Assembly (NCBI RefSeq): GCF_000143415.4
Contig: NW_003314270.1
Span: 2,697,668 to 2,761,667, forward strand
DNA: 64,000 bases
Reading direction: 5' to 3'
DNA from: Selaginella moellendorffii
Taxonomy: Eukaryota > Plantae > Lycopodiophyta
Shown here: positions 51,003 through 63,758 of the stretch, in pieces
Layout: every line of letters begins with the position of its first letter
Numbering within the stretch: the stretch's first letter is position 1
The notes under the pieces: generated by a model
Seen by the model: the letters and a program-made list of their open reading frames with translations, nothing else
Told to the model about the DNA's origin: nothing
Database searches by the model: none
Translations under genes and position numbers: made by a program

Positions 51003-54000
51003 ATGATATCAGCTTGCGCTTGCGATTTTTCATCTTCAGTGACCAGGTGAGCTTGGCGCTGCTAGAAGTCCCACGAATTTCCAGTGATTTCGTGCAGGAT
51101 CGTGCGAGGGAGTATTTCGATCCGCGCTTTGTCTTCGCTAGCAAGAGTAAGCCTTCTCGATCGGGTTTTACCCTTCTCTGATTCATCCATATTGCAATGA
51201 CAAGGAAGGATATGAATCGTGAAGTGGATCTAAGAGCTGCATTGGGTGTGGTACGCGCCGAGAAGAGAATGAGAAGGACACAAAATGCAGGTATTTCTTT
51301 CGTGACTTTCTCGGAGATTTTCCAAAGCGATTTGTTTATCAGATTGAAGCATAGAGATATTTGCAGTGCCGACTGGACAAACGATGAAGCACCATGGAAT
51401 GCAGCTTTGGAGGCCCAAAGTTACGGCTCAATGTGTATCTTCCGGTAAGTTGGCACAGTTTCGGTCATCTGATATTCGCTTGATTTGTTTAAGATGCTGG
51501 AACTTTGGAACCAAATGTTGTTACCAGCACGGGATCCTTGGACCAACTTACAGCCGTCTTTGAAGATGTCACGAGCAACAAACCGGAGAACAAGTTCTCG
51601 GCTTCTGTAGAGGTATGAGCCAAGAACTGAATGTTTTTTCTCAAGTAGATGACTCTTATAGGTGAATCAAGCGGTTATTCAGTCAATCAAAGCGAAAAGG
51701 TACTACGCTATTCGAAAAATGCCTTGAACATCCGTGAATATCAGAAACAAAATGAAGCGAAAAATTGAAGCGGAATCCAATACCTCGTTGACATTTTCGA
51801 AGCAAAAATCAGGATTCTACATAGGTCAGCATGACTCCCTTGGTAACTTTTTATTCTTTTTAAACTTCTCAATTTTAGTTGTTGAGGGTCTGTCGGACGA
51901 AGCCGTGCAGCAAGCTACAAGGCTTTTACAACCGGTGATAGACAAGGTATTAGTACCTTTCGAGTTCATTTTTGTGTCTCATGGAAAATTGTCAGAAAGA
52001 CACCAAAGCTGAGTCAGTTACGGAAAAGTCTGCTAGCAGTAGGAGCTCTTCTCTGAACCCAGGTAAATGCCTTTGCTATTTATTTTTTTTAATTTGGAAA
52101 TGGATTGTTCTAGCTTCGACAAAACGATTAGCGAGTGGGAGTTTGCAATGGATGCCGAAAGCAGGCAATTTCTTTCTCTCTTTTTTTTCCTAAAAGCTGA
52201 TTGTGCGCATTATGTGCTAACAGTGAGAACCATGCACACCGTAGCAGATGAATGTAAAGATGTCAGTGATGTCGAACCTAACGACAGCGAAATGGTCTCT
52301 GGCTCTATACAGGTATACTGCATTTCATCTGCTCTTCCGGTGTTGATGCTACTACTTTTACAGGTTGACAAGAAGCTGCTACGTCTAGTTAAAGGACACA
52401 AGTAGGTTCATTGTGCAGTTGCGTAAGCTGATCTTATTGTTACTCCGCAGGAATGAAGTCAAACAACGGATTGAAAAAGACACAAACACAACCATACGCT
52501 TCGGAAACCCTGTCGGTATGCCTATTCGTTATCTGTAAGATATTTTCACGCTAGCGCCTGGTGAGCTTTTGTTTTAGTTGTGGAGGGGTCTTCCGAGGAT
52601 TCGGTAAATAAAGCGCTAGAGGAGATACAAAGAATAGTTGAGGAAGTAAGTGTAAGTCGATATTCTTGTTCATTTGCTGACACATTTTTACAGGGTGTGA
52701 ACGACGCGAAATTTCAGTACTCGCATTTCCTTTCTCTGCCACTTAGCGTCCATCCTTCTCTGGTCCAAAAACTGGAGGCCTTTCAAGAATCCGTACTAGT
52801 ATCGCTGGGAATTCCTCTCGTTGATGAAGAACAAACAGCAGCAGCTGATGCAGAGGAAACACCAGAACAGGAGGCGCCAGAAGAGGAAGCAGCAGCTGCA
52901 GCAGCAGAAACTGTGACTTCCGGAGTGGAGGAACATGTGGATGATACTCGCTCGGTCGAAGCAGCAGTAGAGGACGCGTTTCGTCAGTCTGTCCTCGGTT
53001 CGTTGGGTATGCAGCCAAATGAAGGAGATGAAACTGATGCCGCTACTCAAGGAACTGTACTTTCGGAGATACAAGTCGAGGAAGAACCAGCAGCCACGGA
53101 AACCGTAGGCGAGGAAGAAACAGAATCAGGAAGTCAGTTGCACGTAGAAGATGAAACACTGGCCACTGAAGCCGAGGAAACTGTTGCTGAAGAGGTAACG
53201 GAAACAGATAACACCGCCGCATCAGAAACCCTGGAAACCGTAGCTGCTGACGAGGATACGGAACAGGAACAGCAAAATGCTGTTTCTGAGGTGCGGGTGG
53301 AAATGGAAACAACCGCAGATTTGCCTGAAGAGAAAGCGGAAGGAACCGAGCCACTGCAAGACGTGCCTCTAACGCTAAAAAAGAAGAAAGGTCTGTGATT
53401 GTTTTTCCTCTCTCAGCTAACCGTAGCCGGTTTCGTAGATTCTGGAGTCGAGAAATCGATCTTTATCAAGCCTACGAGATTTCACTTGACGGTTTTAATG
53501 CTGAAGCTCTGGAATGAAGAGCGCGTGGAGAAAGCCCGTGGCGTTTTGGAGGTAATCAAGTTCATGCACGTAAATTCTCGGGGTTTTCTTAACTCGTTTC
53601 TTCTCTCCCAGAAATGCTTGCCAGATGTAGCTGCAGCTTTGGACGAAAGACCGGTCTCGGTGTCCTTGAAGGGATTGGTATGGAATATCGTCCTTGTTCT
53701 GCTTTGGAATATCGACTTTGATTTTTGCAAAAACAATTGCAGGAGATCATGAGGGGAAGTCCCAAAAACACGCGTGTGCTGTTTGCAAAGGTGGCGGACG
53801 CTGATGGTGGAAGTCGACTTTCAAAAGTTTGCCGTATCCTTTCTTTTTTGCCTTTTCTGCACTTTAGATCGTATCTAACAGCTCTTACCTCCATTTCCTT
53901 AGCATCTCATCACCACAGAGGTCATGATTGACGCTTTCGTTGAAGCCGGCCTAGTGCTTGGAAAAGATGGCGAGCAAGAACTAAAGGTAGATTAAAAATT

Positions 54001-54380
54001 GCTCGCTTTTTCGCTTTGCAATTGTTTCTAACGAAGTATCTCTCTTTTCTCTGACAGTTGCACGCGACAGTTATGAACACAAGCCACAGAAGGAGGTACT
54101 GTCAGTCATGTTCTTTTTCCTTTCTTTTTGTGATTGTGGGTGTTGACTCTGTGCTGCTCGCAGCAAAAGTCGATACAGGAACAAGGGATTCGATGCCACG
54201 GATATCCTCGCGAAGTTTGGAGAAGAGACCTGGGGCGACTACCAAATCATGGAGGCACACCTCTCGGAGCGTTTCAAGTATGATGAGAATGGTTACTACC
54301 ACTGCTGTGGCTCTATACCCTTCCCTGGAAGCACTGTTGAAACGGGCGTATCGCAAGGAACAAGCCAACACGATACTTAG
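51003..54380 (+). CDS. ASCC1: ASCC1-like protein (KH-like + AKAP7-type 2H phosphodiesterase) with acidic insertion
   Basis: YSHFLSLPL, FHLTVLMLKLW and LHATVMN HxT motifs, GYYHCCGSIPFP; 5' exons uncertain. Confidence 0.75.
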
Positions 54381-54489
54381 TGAGGTAGAGCAAAAGAAGA
54401 ATGCAATTTTTTTTCTACCTGGGAGATTGATTGTATGTGATTGTTTTGCTCCATAATATATCTGCCATGGCTTTGAATTAGCAAGCTTA

Positions 54490-56843
54490 TTACGATATCA
54501 TCAGCGTTGTTTTCTCTTCGTTGGCATCGTTATTATTGTTCTCGCCACCTGATGCTGGTTCTTCCTGTGAAAAGAATTCCACTGTGTCATTAAATGAGAA
54601 AGAACACATTTGCTTCACCTTTGGCTGCTGCAAGAGAGCTCGGCTTTGCTCGAAGTATTGATTTGGATGGTTGATGCCATCGCTAGAACACCCGTGCACG
54701 GCTTCGAAAACTTCGGCACAGGCCAGCTGCCAAGGACGGGAAAAGTTAGCTGAGCTTTAAAGCCTTTGTCCCCGGAACGAACCTGGTAATGCTGGCTTCG
54801 GGTCTTTTCAAGCGCGGAAGATACTTGCCTGGAATTTAATCCCAGACCACCTAGAGAAGCACGCAATTTGTCCTCGCTGCGTGTCACTAGCAACGAATGA
54901 ATGGGAGCGTCTTTTTGAAACTGGACAGACCACACCTGAAGTGGCGATAGGGACATCCGTGATGATCTCCAACGCCAGGAGTTGACATGATCAGTTTCAC
55001 ACATGAATAAGGTGTATAGTCCTGCACGAGGAGCCACATGTAAGTATTGTTTCCACAAATCTTAAAGAAACCTACCGTTCGCTTTCCTTCTTTTCCATAG
55101 TTGTGACGGACGTTATACGCGTACTCTTTGTCAAACTTTTCAACACCCACCTAATAAATTACTCCCGTTAGATACTCGAAACTTGTCAAGTTTTTGCGCA
55201 CCTTTCGAGAAAACTCGGCTCTCCAGAATGCCAAGGCATCTTCCAGCTTTAGACCGATCCCCTGCACCGTAGAAACTTTAGTATAAAGAATCAAACGAAA
55301 GACAAGCATCTCACCTTTAAGAAGAGTCCAAGTTGCTGCCGGCCGCCGTGCCTCAAATGATGGTCATCACGCAGCTGAAACAACGAAGATAAAGCCGTTA
55401 ACTGATTACTAGATAAGCCAAACCTGAAAGAATAAACTTCGCATGCACAGTGGAAATGAAGCCTTTGCCAGTTGATCAAGATCTTGCAAAGAGATCTCAT
55501 TCGATGATTTTGGCTGCGAACGAACGTAAATTGAGCTGCCTTTACAAACATCAATACCTGAGTGTAGTCAGGTCCTAGGTATCGTGTACTCAAAGCCTCA
55601 ACCATCTAAAAAATGCCATGTTGCGTGAAGTCAACCATAAAAATACTCTGAACTTTACCGGTGCCAGTCGATCTTTCTCTTCTCCAGCAATGAACGAAAT
55701 CCACTTTCTGCGTTCAGGCAGATTAAATCAGTAGTGTGTTGTAGATATCGACGCTTACCGGTTAGTTAGAACGAGAGCTTTCGACAAGCGAGACCGAAAT
55801 TGGCCAACAACCAAAAAGCTTAGCTGCAACAAATAAAAGTAATTAAATGCCTTTTGTCAGGAATCTTACTTGCTCTCTGGGAACAAAAGCTTCACCACGT
55901 CGAAGATAAACCTTACGGCCGCTTACAAGCTCTGGCACGTCTTCAAACGGAACCTTGTAGTACATTTTAGCTGCACGTAAATGTACAGTATAAAAGATTA
56001 GAAAGTGACCGCATATACAATCGAAGGCTTACAGTTCGAAACCTGATTTGTCGAACGCGCCACACTCTCTAAATTTTCCTTCACCGCCTGCAAGACCAAG
56101 GGAGTTACTTGGGGCGCCTTTGAAATGAATACCTCAATTTCAGCACTGGTCATTGCTTTGTAAGGCAGATTGCAATCGTCCATAAGTTTTTGCTGCAAAC
56201 GAACACGAGAACTTGAAAACAAAAAGAGAAGGAAATGAAACTTTCCAGACCTGTGCAGCCGGCATTTCACATCGGAAACGATGACGAAACAAAACAGACT
56301 CGATTCCAAGGAACCACCGGCGCAGATCCTCGCTGAAGACACGAGAGTTAAACAATCTGGATATCCAAAACAAAGAAAAACGAAAAAAAATGCCATACGT
56401 GCGACAATAAGCTAGGCGCAAGATGAAATGCGAAATCACGTCCTTCTTGCTGGAATCGCTCCCCATATGTTTCCTCCAGAGATCGCTCACCTGGCAAAAT
56501 CAAAATTTGGAACGCATTACAACGGCCCCATTCTCACATCTCACAGACACGCACCAGCGGATCCATCTCCTCCATCTTCTTCCCCCTCGACCGCTCTTCC
56601 TCGATTCCTTTCAGCACTGAGCCGGCAACGAAACGTTCCAGCAGCCGAGATTTTCATGAAATTTGATCAAAGCAACAAACCTCGCAGCCGATCCAGCGCG
56701 TACTCCTCAAAATCTTCCAGCGAGATCTCCTCATCGGGCGCCGCCTCGTAGAAACTGAGCTTGCCAGAGCCGGCGCCTCCACCACGGCTATCCTCGCCCC
56801 CATCCTCTGCCCTACCACCGGCCCCAATGCTCCTAAACGCCAT
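54490..56843 (-). CDS. PRIM2: DNA primase large subunit
   Basis: [66 protein letters not shown]. Confidence 0.95.
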
Positions 56844-56862
56844 AGCCGAAACACAAAAAAAT

Positions 56863-56871
56863 GGCGGGAAA
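56863..56871 (-). promoter_or_regulatory. E2F-binding element TTTCCCGCC upstream of the primase gene
   Basis: Canonical plant E2F site about 20 bp before the primase ATG. Confidence 0.65.
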
Positions 56872-57060
56872 TTAACCCCATCGAATATCCGAGCACAAGT
56901 GCTACGTACAGCAAAAGCACATTTATCAGGATATTCGTTAGGGTTCTTGAGCGCGAGGCGCGCGAGCGAGGGAGAGAGCTAGCGAGAGCTGGATTTTCCC
57001 ATTCTTAGATGGTCCGGAGGCGGCGGCGGTGCGGCGCGGCATTGGTAGTGATCCCGGCGA

Positions 57061-58122
57061 ATGGCGAGCTTGATCGAGGGGCTCCCGGATGCGATTGCAA
57101 TGCAGTGCCTGGCGCGGGCGCCGCTAGGGATGCACAGGGCAATGCGGGCGGTGTGCCGGTCGTGGCGCGCGGCGCTGCGCAACGGCGGCGGCGGCGGTGG
57201 TGGCGCCGAGCTCTTCCGGGTAAGGTCCGCGGCGGGGCTGCGCGAGGAGTGGCTCTTCGTCACATCCTTCGAGCCCGACCGCGTGTGGGAGGCCTACGAT
57301 CCATCCGGCGGCCTCTGGCACACCCTGCCACTCTTCCCCTCCTCCATCGCGCGCCTCTCCAACTTCGGCACCGCCGCGCTCCACCGCCAGCTCTTCGTCG
57401 TCGGCGGCGGCAGCGACGAGGTGGATCACGCCACCGGCGAGCGCGACCGCCCGTTCGCCAGCGCCGCCGTGTGGTGCTTCGACGCGCTCCAGGGGCGATG
57501 GGAGGCGCGATCGCCCATGCTCACGCCCAGGTCCCAGTTCGCCTGCGCGGCGGTGGCGGGCAAGATCGTCGTGGCGGGGGGATTCGGCTGCTCGCGCCGC
57601 CCGCTCGCCTCGGCGGAGATCTACGATCCGGAGGCCGACCGCTGGGAGGCCATCGCGGACGTGGGCGAGGTCCACAACGCGGCGTGCTCGGGGCTTGTTC
57701 TTGGCGGCGCCATGGCGCTGCTGTACAAGGGCCACTCGCTCGTCCAGCTCTACGATCCGGCGCTGGATTCGTGGACGCTGCATGGGTCGCAGTGGCGGGA
57801 GTTCCCGGGGAGATTGGCGGTGGTGGGAGATGAGGTTTGCGGGGTGGCGAGCTCCTACTTGATCCGGGGCCTGAACGAGCCGCAGCTATGGCGGCACTGG
57901 GCCGAGTACTTCCACAGGATAGGGTTTGGGGTGGCGGGGATTGGAAACGACTTGTACGTGGTTGGGGGGATCTTGGGGCCGCAGCAGGAGAGCATGAGGA
58001 TTCACGTATTGAAGGAGGTGGATATCTGGAGCGTGGAGGGTGGCGAATTCGAGAAGAAGGGGACGACGAGCATGACTTGGTGCTCCGGGACGGTGTTGGG
58101 CTGCGCGGTTGTGAGCCTGTGA
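57061..58122 (+). CDS. F-box/Kelch-repeat protein
   Basis: LIEGLPDAIAMQCLAR F-box; Kelch repeats LFVVGG, IVVAGG, AEIYDP..W. Confidence 0.9.
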   Translation: MASLIEGLPDAIAMQCLARAPLGMHRAMRAVCRSWRAALRNGGGGGGGAELFRVRSAAGLREEWLFVTSFEPDRVWEAYDPSGGLWHTLPLFPSSIARLSNFGTAALHRQLFVVGGGSDEVDHATGERDRPFASAAVWCFDALQGRWEARSPMLTPRSQFACAAVAGKIVVAGGFGCSRRPLASAEIYDPEADRWEAIADVGEVHNAACSGLVLGGAMALLYKGHSLVQLYDPALDSWTLHGSQWREFPGRLAVVGDEVCGVASSYLIRGLNEPQLWRHWAEYFHRIGFGVAGIGNDLYVVGGILGPQQESMRIHVLKEVDIWSVEGGEFEKKGTTSMTWCSGTVLGCAVVSL

Positions 58123-58519
58123 TCGGTCGATCGATCGGTCTCTTGATTCTTCGTCTCTGGGCTTTGGAGAGATTGATGATCGTGTAGTAGCATAGCAGCA
58201 AAACTCGATCTTTCATATCCAGAGCTCTACTTGGATCTTAAAGGTAAACAATGTGAGAGGTTCTCAAAAACCCTAAAAGCATTCTTAGTCTTTCGCATTA
58301 GCAACAAAGTATCTTAAAGGTAAACAATGTCCTCAAGAACCCTAAACGCAGAGGAATATACCCCGTCCAGGCAAGTGGGGACAAGATATATCCACGTTGT
58401 CCTCACACAACCGAGAGGGATTTTGCCTCTCGAAAGCGTTGTTACTTTTTAATCGTTGCGCTCTGCCACAACAACAACAACAACAAAACTTTATTCCCAT
58501 TTTTCCTTCTCCTCTTTTG

Positions 58520-58522
<3 letters not shown>

Positions 58523-58551
<29 letters not shown>
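58523..58551. repeat. (CT)n microsatellite; (CAA)n nearby at ~58468-58485
   Basis: Direct reading. Confidence 0.9.
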
Positions 58552-58554
<3 letters not shown>

Positions 58555-58750
58555 GTTGCGCCATTGCCATATCACCACGTCGGAGAGCGATGGTAAGTCT
58601 CTTCTAACTTCTCCTTCTTCCCCGTGTCCATCCATCCACACTCTTTCCCTTTCTTCTCTCCTCTTTAATTTTCTTCTCTCCTCGCGCATCCATTGCCGCG
58701 GGCGCCGCTGGTAGGGAGGAGGCGCCGCTAGTGTCACCAATCTTTTAGTC

Positions 58751-59344
58751 ATGCTGATGTCGCCCACGCTAGTCCTCGCCAGGTCTCCCCTGTTCTTCCT
58801 CCCCCGCGCGCTACTAGCTCCAATCTCCATCTCCATCGTCGCGCTTCTCCTCGGGGGAGGAGCGCGTCCGTGCTGGGCCACGATTCCTTGCAGCCCCACC
58901 GTCCAGTGCCCCCAGAACTGCTGCTGTGGAGTGAATGGCTACTGCGGGACCGGGGATGGATACTGTGGAGCCGGGAATTGCCTGAGCCAGTGCCCCAAGA
59001 GCCCATCTCCGCCCAATCCTCCGCCGCAAGCACAAGCACCGCCGGTGCCCCCCTCCTCCTCCGCCAATTACCCGCCGCCGACGTCGTGGGGATCCTCCGG
59101 GGCTAGCCGCTACGCTCCTCCGCCTCCGCAGTACTTCTACGCTGGCGGCTCCGACTCCAACATTGCCGATCTAGAGTACCACGACATCCATCACCACCAC
59201 TACTACGTCGACAATGTGTGGAGAATTGTGGGGATCGCGTGTGGCATCGCGGCGCTGGTGCTCATCGCCGCGTTCCTCATCGTCTTGCTGGCCAGATCTG
59301 CCAAGCGCCGCAAGAATGCGTGTGATTGCGATGGCGATCACTGA
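58751..59344 (+). CDS. Membrane-anchored hevein-like (CBM18) protein with Pro-rich linker
   Basis: Signal-like N-terminus; [35 protein letters not shown]; Pro-rich stalk; TM helix; KRRK stop-transfer. Confidence 0.75.
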   Translation: MLMSPTLVLARSPLFFLPRALLAPISISIVALLLGGGARPCWATIPCSPTVQCPQNCCCGVNGYCGTGDGYCGAGNCLSQCPKSPSPPNPPPQAQAPPVPPSSSANYPPPTSWGSSGASRYAPPPPQYFYAGGSDSNIADLEYHDIHHHHYYVDNVWRIVGIACGIAALVLIAAFLIVLLARSAKRRKNACDCDGDH

Positions 59345-61189
59345 TCATGGTAATCCGGTGGGGGGGATGGATCTACATCGGATCGCCCATCTGGACGCGC
59401 TTGCGAGGAATCGTCCTTGACCATTATCTTCTTCGGGGGGAATTCTAGCGAAATTTTAGAGCTCTAGTTTTTCGGGGGAGAGCCATTGTCCTAATAATGT
59501 TCTGACTCTAGCTCTAGTGGTACCATTGTTTTTGGTAACAATCTGATCTCATGGGGTGGGTAACATCAGTAAAAATTGTAGAAAAAAAAATTGGAAAATT
59601 TTGCTTTTGCTTCGCGAAGCTCAGCGCGTCTGTGTAACGTACGCAGGAAATTTCTCAGGCAAGAACAGGGGGTCAATACCTGCATTCAATTAAACAGCAG
59701 GGAGTGAAACATTTTGGATTTTCTATTTTTATTTTAGTTATATGTGGCTGTTTTGGTTTTTGTTTTTTTTTTAATATCAAAAGCTATTCTGTTGAAATCA
59801 ACGTCAAACGCACGTGAAAGAACAGCGTCCAAACCATACCATGCTAACACAGGTTGGTCCACTCACGGCAAGATCAATCAACTCGGGATTAGAACCTACT
59901 TAAGCGCTTACTACTTGCCATCCCAAACACTCTGCTGCAATCAAGTCTTCCAGAACCGAACATGCTTTTGCGAAAAGCTGTCGGCAACTAATACACAGCT
60001 TTAGGCCTGTATCCATTTTTTTAATTTTTTTTTCCCAAAACCAGAGAAAAGTAAAAAAAAAATTATTAAAAAAGAAAAACATATCACTGGCTGGAACCTC
60101 TGAAGCACTGGAGAAAAAAAGGGTCACTTACCTCCATCAGTGCACCAGACAGACACCTACTTGATCGTCACTCTCTTTCAGTACAAAGCAACATTGTTAT
60201 TCTAGCATCCAATTCTAATTCCGCGACTATAGGTTTTTGAGCTGCTTTTTATCACAAACAAAACCGTTGCTTCCAGAACGGTATTATGGAGATAAATCTC
60301 AATCCAAGGACAAGAAACAAATGCAAAATTGTCAATCCAAAAGCAACGGATATGTCAAGCATGAGGTGGAATCGACACCGAGGACCGCAAGGGATGCCAA
60401 TCCAGGCTCGACGAGATGATTAGGAGTTAAGCGCATATAGACAAGCTCCAAGACAAGGTTTGTGTTGCAACTCCAGTCGCTTTCCTTGGCTGCTGCCGCA
60501 ACGTCCTTTTTGCTCTCTCCTCTTTTGCTTTCAGCAAAGGCATCTTGGATACAGCTCACGAGTGCTGCGTCGTCCGGTCCAATCTCAAGTCCATGATCGT
60601 TTCTTCCATCCTCTTGACACTCTATTGAACTCGTCAAGGCGAGAAAATCGAGTTTACATTTCTGAAATATGTGAATGCTCTAATCTGTCTCTGGTGCTTA
60701 AAGAAACCAGAAATGGTTCTCGGGGGCAACATTATATGAATGAATGATTGGATTCATCTGATGCTATAGCCATTATTAGATTCGTACTGAAGTAAATTTT
60801 CTTGTTCTAAAACTTGTTTCATAAGTACAGCTATAGTATCAGATTGTAAATCAAACCAGCAAATCGAAAGTTCACATGTGATTGAAGAGTGTTTCCAGTA
60901 GCAAGGTGTTGAGGAGCTGTCTCTTTCCCATATCGGGCACAGCGGTGGGACCAATTCTCAGCAGCAACAAGCTTGAAGAACTTGTCAGCTCGCAACCATA
61001 GATCTCATATCTCGATCACTGTGAAAACCAGCAAGGAATTACCCGTCATGACAAGAAAGATGCAACTAGATTGAAAACCAGAGCTAATCTCTTTCTCTTG
61101 CTGGAATAAATGGATTGTCTTGTTAGATGTCGCGGCCTTTCTTATACCGTGGTGGCCCAGTCGTTGATAATGCAGATAAGTTTTGCTTA

Positions 61190-61262
61190 GGGGGTGTAGC
61201 TCAGATGGTAGAGCGATCGCTTCGCATGCGATAGGTAAGGGGATCGATGCCCCTCACCTCCA
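61190..61262 (+). tRNA. tRNA-Ala(CGC)
   Basis: Full cloverleaf, G3:U70 Ala determinant, anticodon arm ATCGC-TTCGCAT-GCGAT, downstream T-run. Confidence 0.88.
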
Positions 61263-62005
61263 TTGTTTTGTGTTACCACGTTCAGTAAGTTCTGTGATCC
61301 ATCGAGTACTTTTTCTATACCAAAACTTTGATCCCGAACTTTTGTCTCTCGCATTTCGAGGTGGCGTCTCCATCTCTGCCTCCACATTGGGGGTAATGCA
61401 TGGCATGAGCTCCCCATATGGTGCTGGCACTCGCTTTTGAGAGTCTATCCTGGACGAGCTTCTTGAGCTCACCCATCTAAAAAGCCAATTCCACGATCAG
61501 AACATGAAACTTTTGTTCATCAAACTTCTGAATCACCATCGTAACTAGAGCGTCTGATAGTAAATATCGACCATTCCAAGTGCTCTGGGGCATTTCTATA
61601 ATTCAGTCAGTCATACCGTGCCTTTTCCCATCGGAACGTTTCCAAACTTTGTGTTAATGTAGCCAGGCATTTTAGTTAACCTCCCTGAATCTTTCAAAAG
61701 CTGAAAGAAAAAAGAAAGGTAAATACCTTTCCAACGTTCGTGAATGTCGACGACAGAATAAAATGGAATAAAATGGTGTATGAACACGATTGCAACGGTT
61801 GTGGGAGAAGACTCTAGCCATTGTGCTTACAGCTGCATCCATAGCCGTTGAAAAGAAACATCATATCTAAACTAAATTTCATAGTAGTAATGAAGAAAGA
61901 TGCGAAGTGCTAGTGTACACTAGATAGAAAACCATATTTTGCTGGAATAAATGGATTGATATGTAGTGGACGTGCTTTTGCATACATGCTGATTAATTTT
62001 GCTGA

Positions 62006-62077
62006 GGGGGTGTAGCTCAGATGGTAGAGCAATTGATTCACATGTGATAGGTAAGGGGATCGATGCCCTCACTTCCA
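62006..62077 (+). pseudogene. tRNA-Ala pseudogene
   Basis: Copy of the 61190 tRNA with the anticodon arm broken mostly by CpG->TpG/CpA changes. Confidence 0.75.
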
Positions 62078-62166
62078 TTTTTTTTGTCATGGTTGAAAAG
62101 ATAAAATCGGAAAATGCCGGATCAAAAGCATTTCTCCTCTCTATTATCTTCACTTAAATTTGGAAG

Positions 62167-62239
62167 TGGAGGAGAGGGGCATCGATCCCCTCACCTATCG
62201 CATGCAAAGCGATCGCTCTACCATCTGAGCTACGCCCAA
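62167..62239 (-). tRNA. tRNA-Ala(UGC)-like, probably a pseudogene (poor acceptor stem)
   Basis: Intact D, anticodon and T arms; 3 acceptor-stem mismatches. Confidence 0.55.
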
Positions 62240-62605
62240 GAAATTTGAGTCCACTCTTTTAAGGTCCAACGAATTTGTTCAATAGCATCATCGACCACGA
62301 AGATCTCCCACAAGATCTGGCCAGCAAGAGCAAGTTACTTTTGGATTTTAATCAAATCCCAGCTCTCATCCAGTCCATAATGTTAGAATCGACGATCATA
62401 TTTCTTGCAGTTGGTCCTACCATTCATTCGAGAAAATCAAAGATGAGGAATAAGGAATATTTGACTATTCTTAATAGTTAGAATTCGTTAACGATGGTTA
62501 AGATTTAGGGCTTGCGAGGAGCAAGCCATCGCAGGAAATGTAAGCGCCTATCACTGTTTCCGATCGATCGCGAGCGAAATCTCTCCTCTTCTAACTCTAC
62601 TGCAG

Positions 62606-63758
62606 ATGGAGGCGATGCTGAAAATCGTCCTGGCGATGCTTGTGGCGGCTCTCGTCGCCGCGCGGGGACTTGTGAAGAAATCCCTCTCGCCATCGGGAGC
62701 TGTGGCGGGTTTCGTGGTGCTATCGCTGTCCATGGCCTCGGGAATCCGGTAGAAATCTTGTCCTGGTTGTGTGGGAATTCTTTTCTGTGCTTCTTTGTTC
62801 TTGGACTGTTGTGTGTTGAAATTCTTTTTTTGATTTTCAAGGTTTGGAGCTCTCGTCCTGGCGTTTTACTTGAGTTCCTCGTTCCTCACGAAGTATAAGT
62901 CCGATGAAAAACGAGGCGTGGACGACGATTTCAAGGAGGGTGGCCAACGAGACTGGTAAGTTTGTAGATTTTGCCCAAGTTTTTCCTACTTTGTGAGTTT
63001 GTTCTTGTAGAGAGTGTTGAATAAATTCTTTTCGTAGGCTCCAGGTTCTTGCCAACAGTGCGGGTGGAACTTTGCTATCGCTCGCTGTGGCATATTATAC
63101 TGGCTGGGAAGACAAGTGTATGGATTCCAAGGGGGATGCTCTTGTCACTGGCCTTCTCGGAGGAATTCTCGGCTACTATGCTTGCTGCGCGGGAGATACT
63201 TGGTCGTCCGAGGTTGGAGTCCTTAGCAAAAGCCAACCACGCTTGATCACGACAATGCAGGCAAGCAAAGGAAAAACTTCGAGAGTGAATTCTTTGAAAC
63301 TTTATCTTTGTCTTTCAGGTGGTACCTCGAGGTACCAACGGTGGAGTTACACTGCTGGGAACTGCTGCTGCTGCTGTTGGAGGAGCTTTCATCGGTCTGG
63401 TTTACGTTCTAACAGGGATGCTCACGACTCCATGTCGAGGAAGCACGATGCTTCGCCAGTGGGAGGCTTTGCCGCTTGGATGCCTCGCAGGATTCATTGG
63501 TAGCTTAATGGATTCGCTGCTTGGAGCAACCGTCCAGTTCTCTGGAATGTGCAAAGTGAGAAAGAAGGCAAGTTTCTTGAAAGCTTTTTGCTAGTTCTCT
63601 TGTTTACAATCTCTGCCGTGGAACAGGTTGTGGGAAAACCAGGGCCGACTGTAAAACGAATTACGGGAGAGGATTTTCTGAGCAATAACGGTGTGAATTT
63701 CGCCTCCGCGTTGCTTACTTCTTTGGTAACTGCTGCGATTAGCCTTCTCGTCTTCTAA
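62606..63758 (+). CDS. TMEM19: TMEM19/PGR (DUF92) membrane protein
   Basis: GGQRDWLQVLANS, GDTWSSEVG, VPRGTNGGVT, DSLLGATVQ, LSNNGVNF. Confidence 0.92.

Noticed and set aside
59680-62420. Multi-exon minus-strand protein gene
   Set aside because: Could not assemble an open, recognisable reading frame; left unannotated
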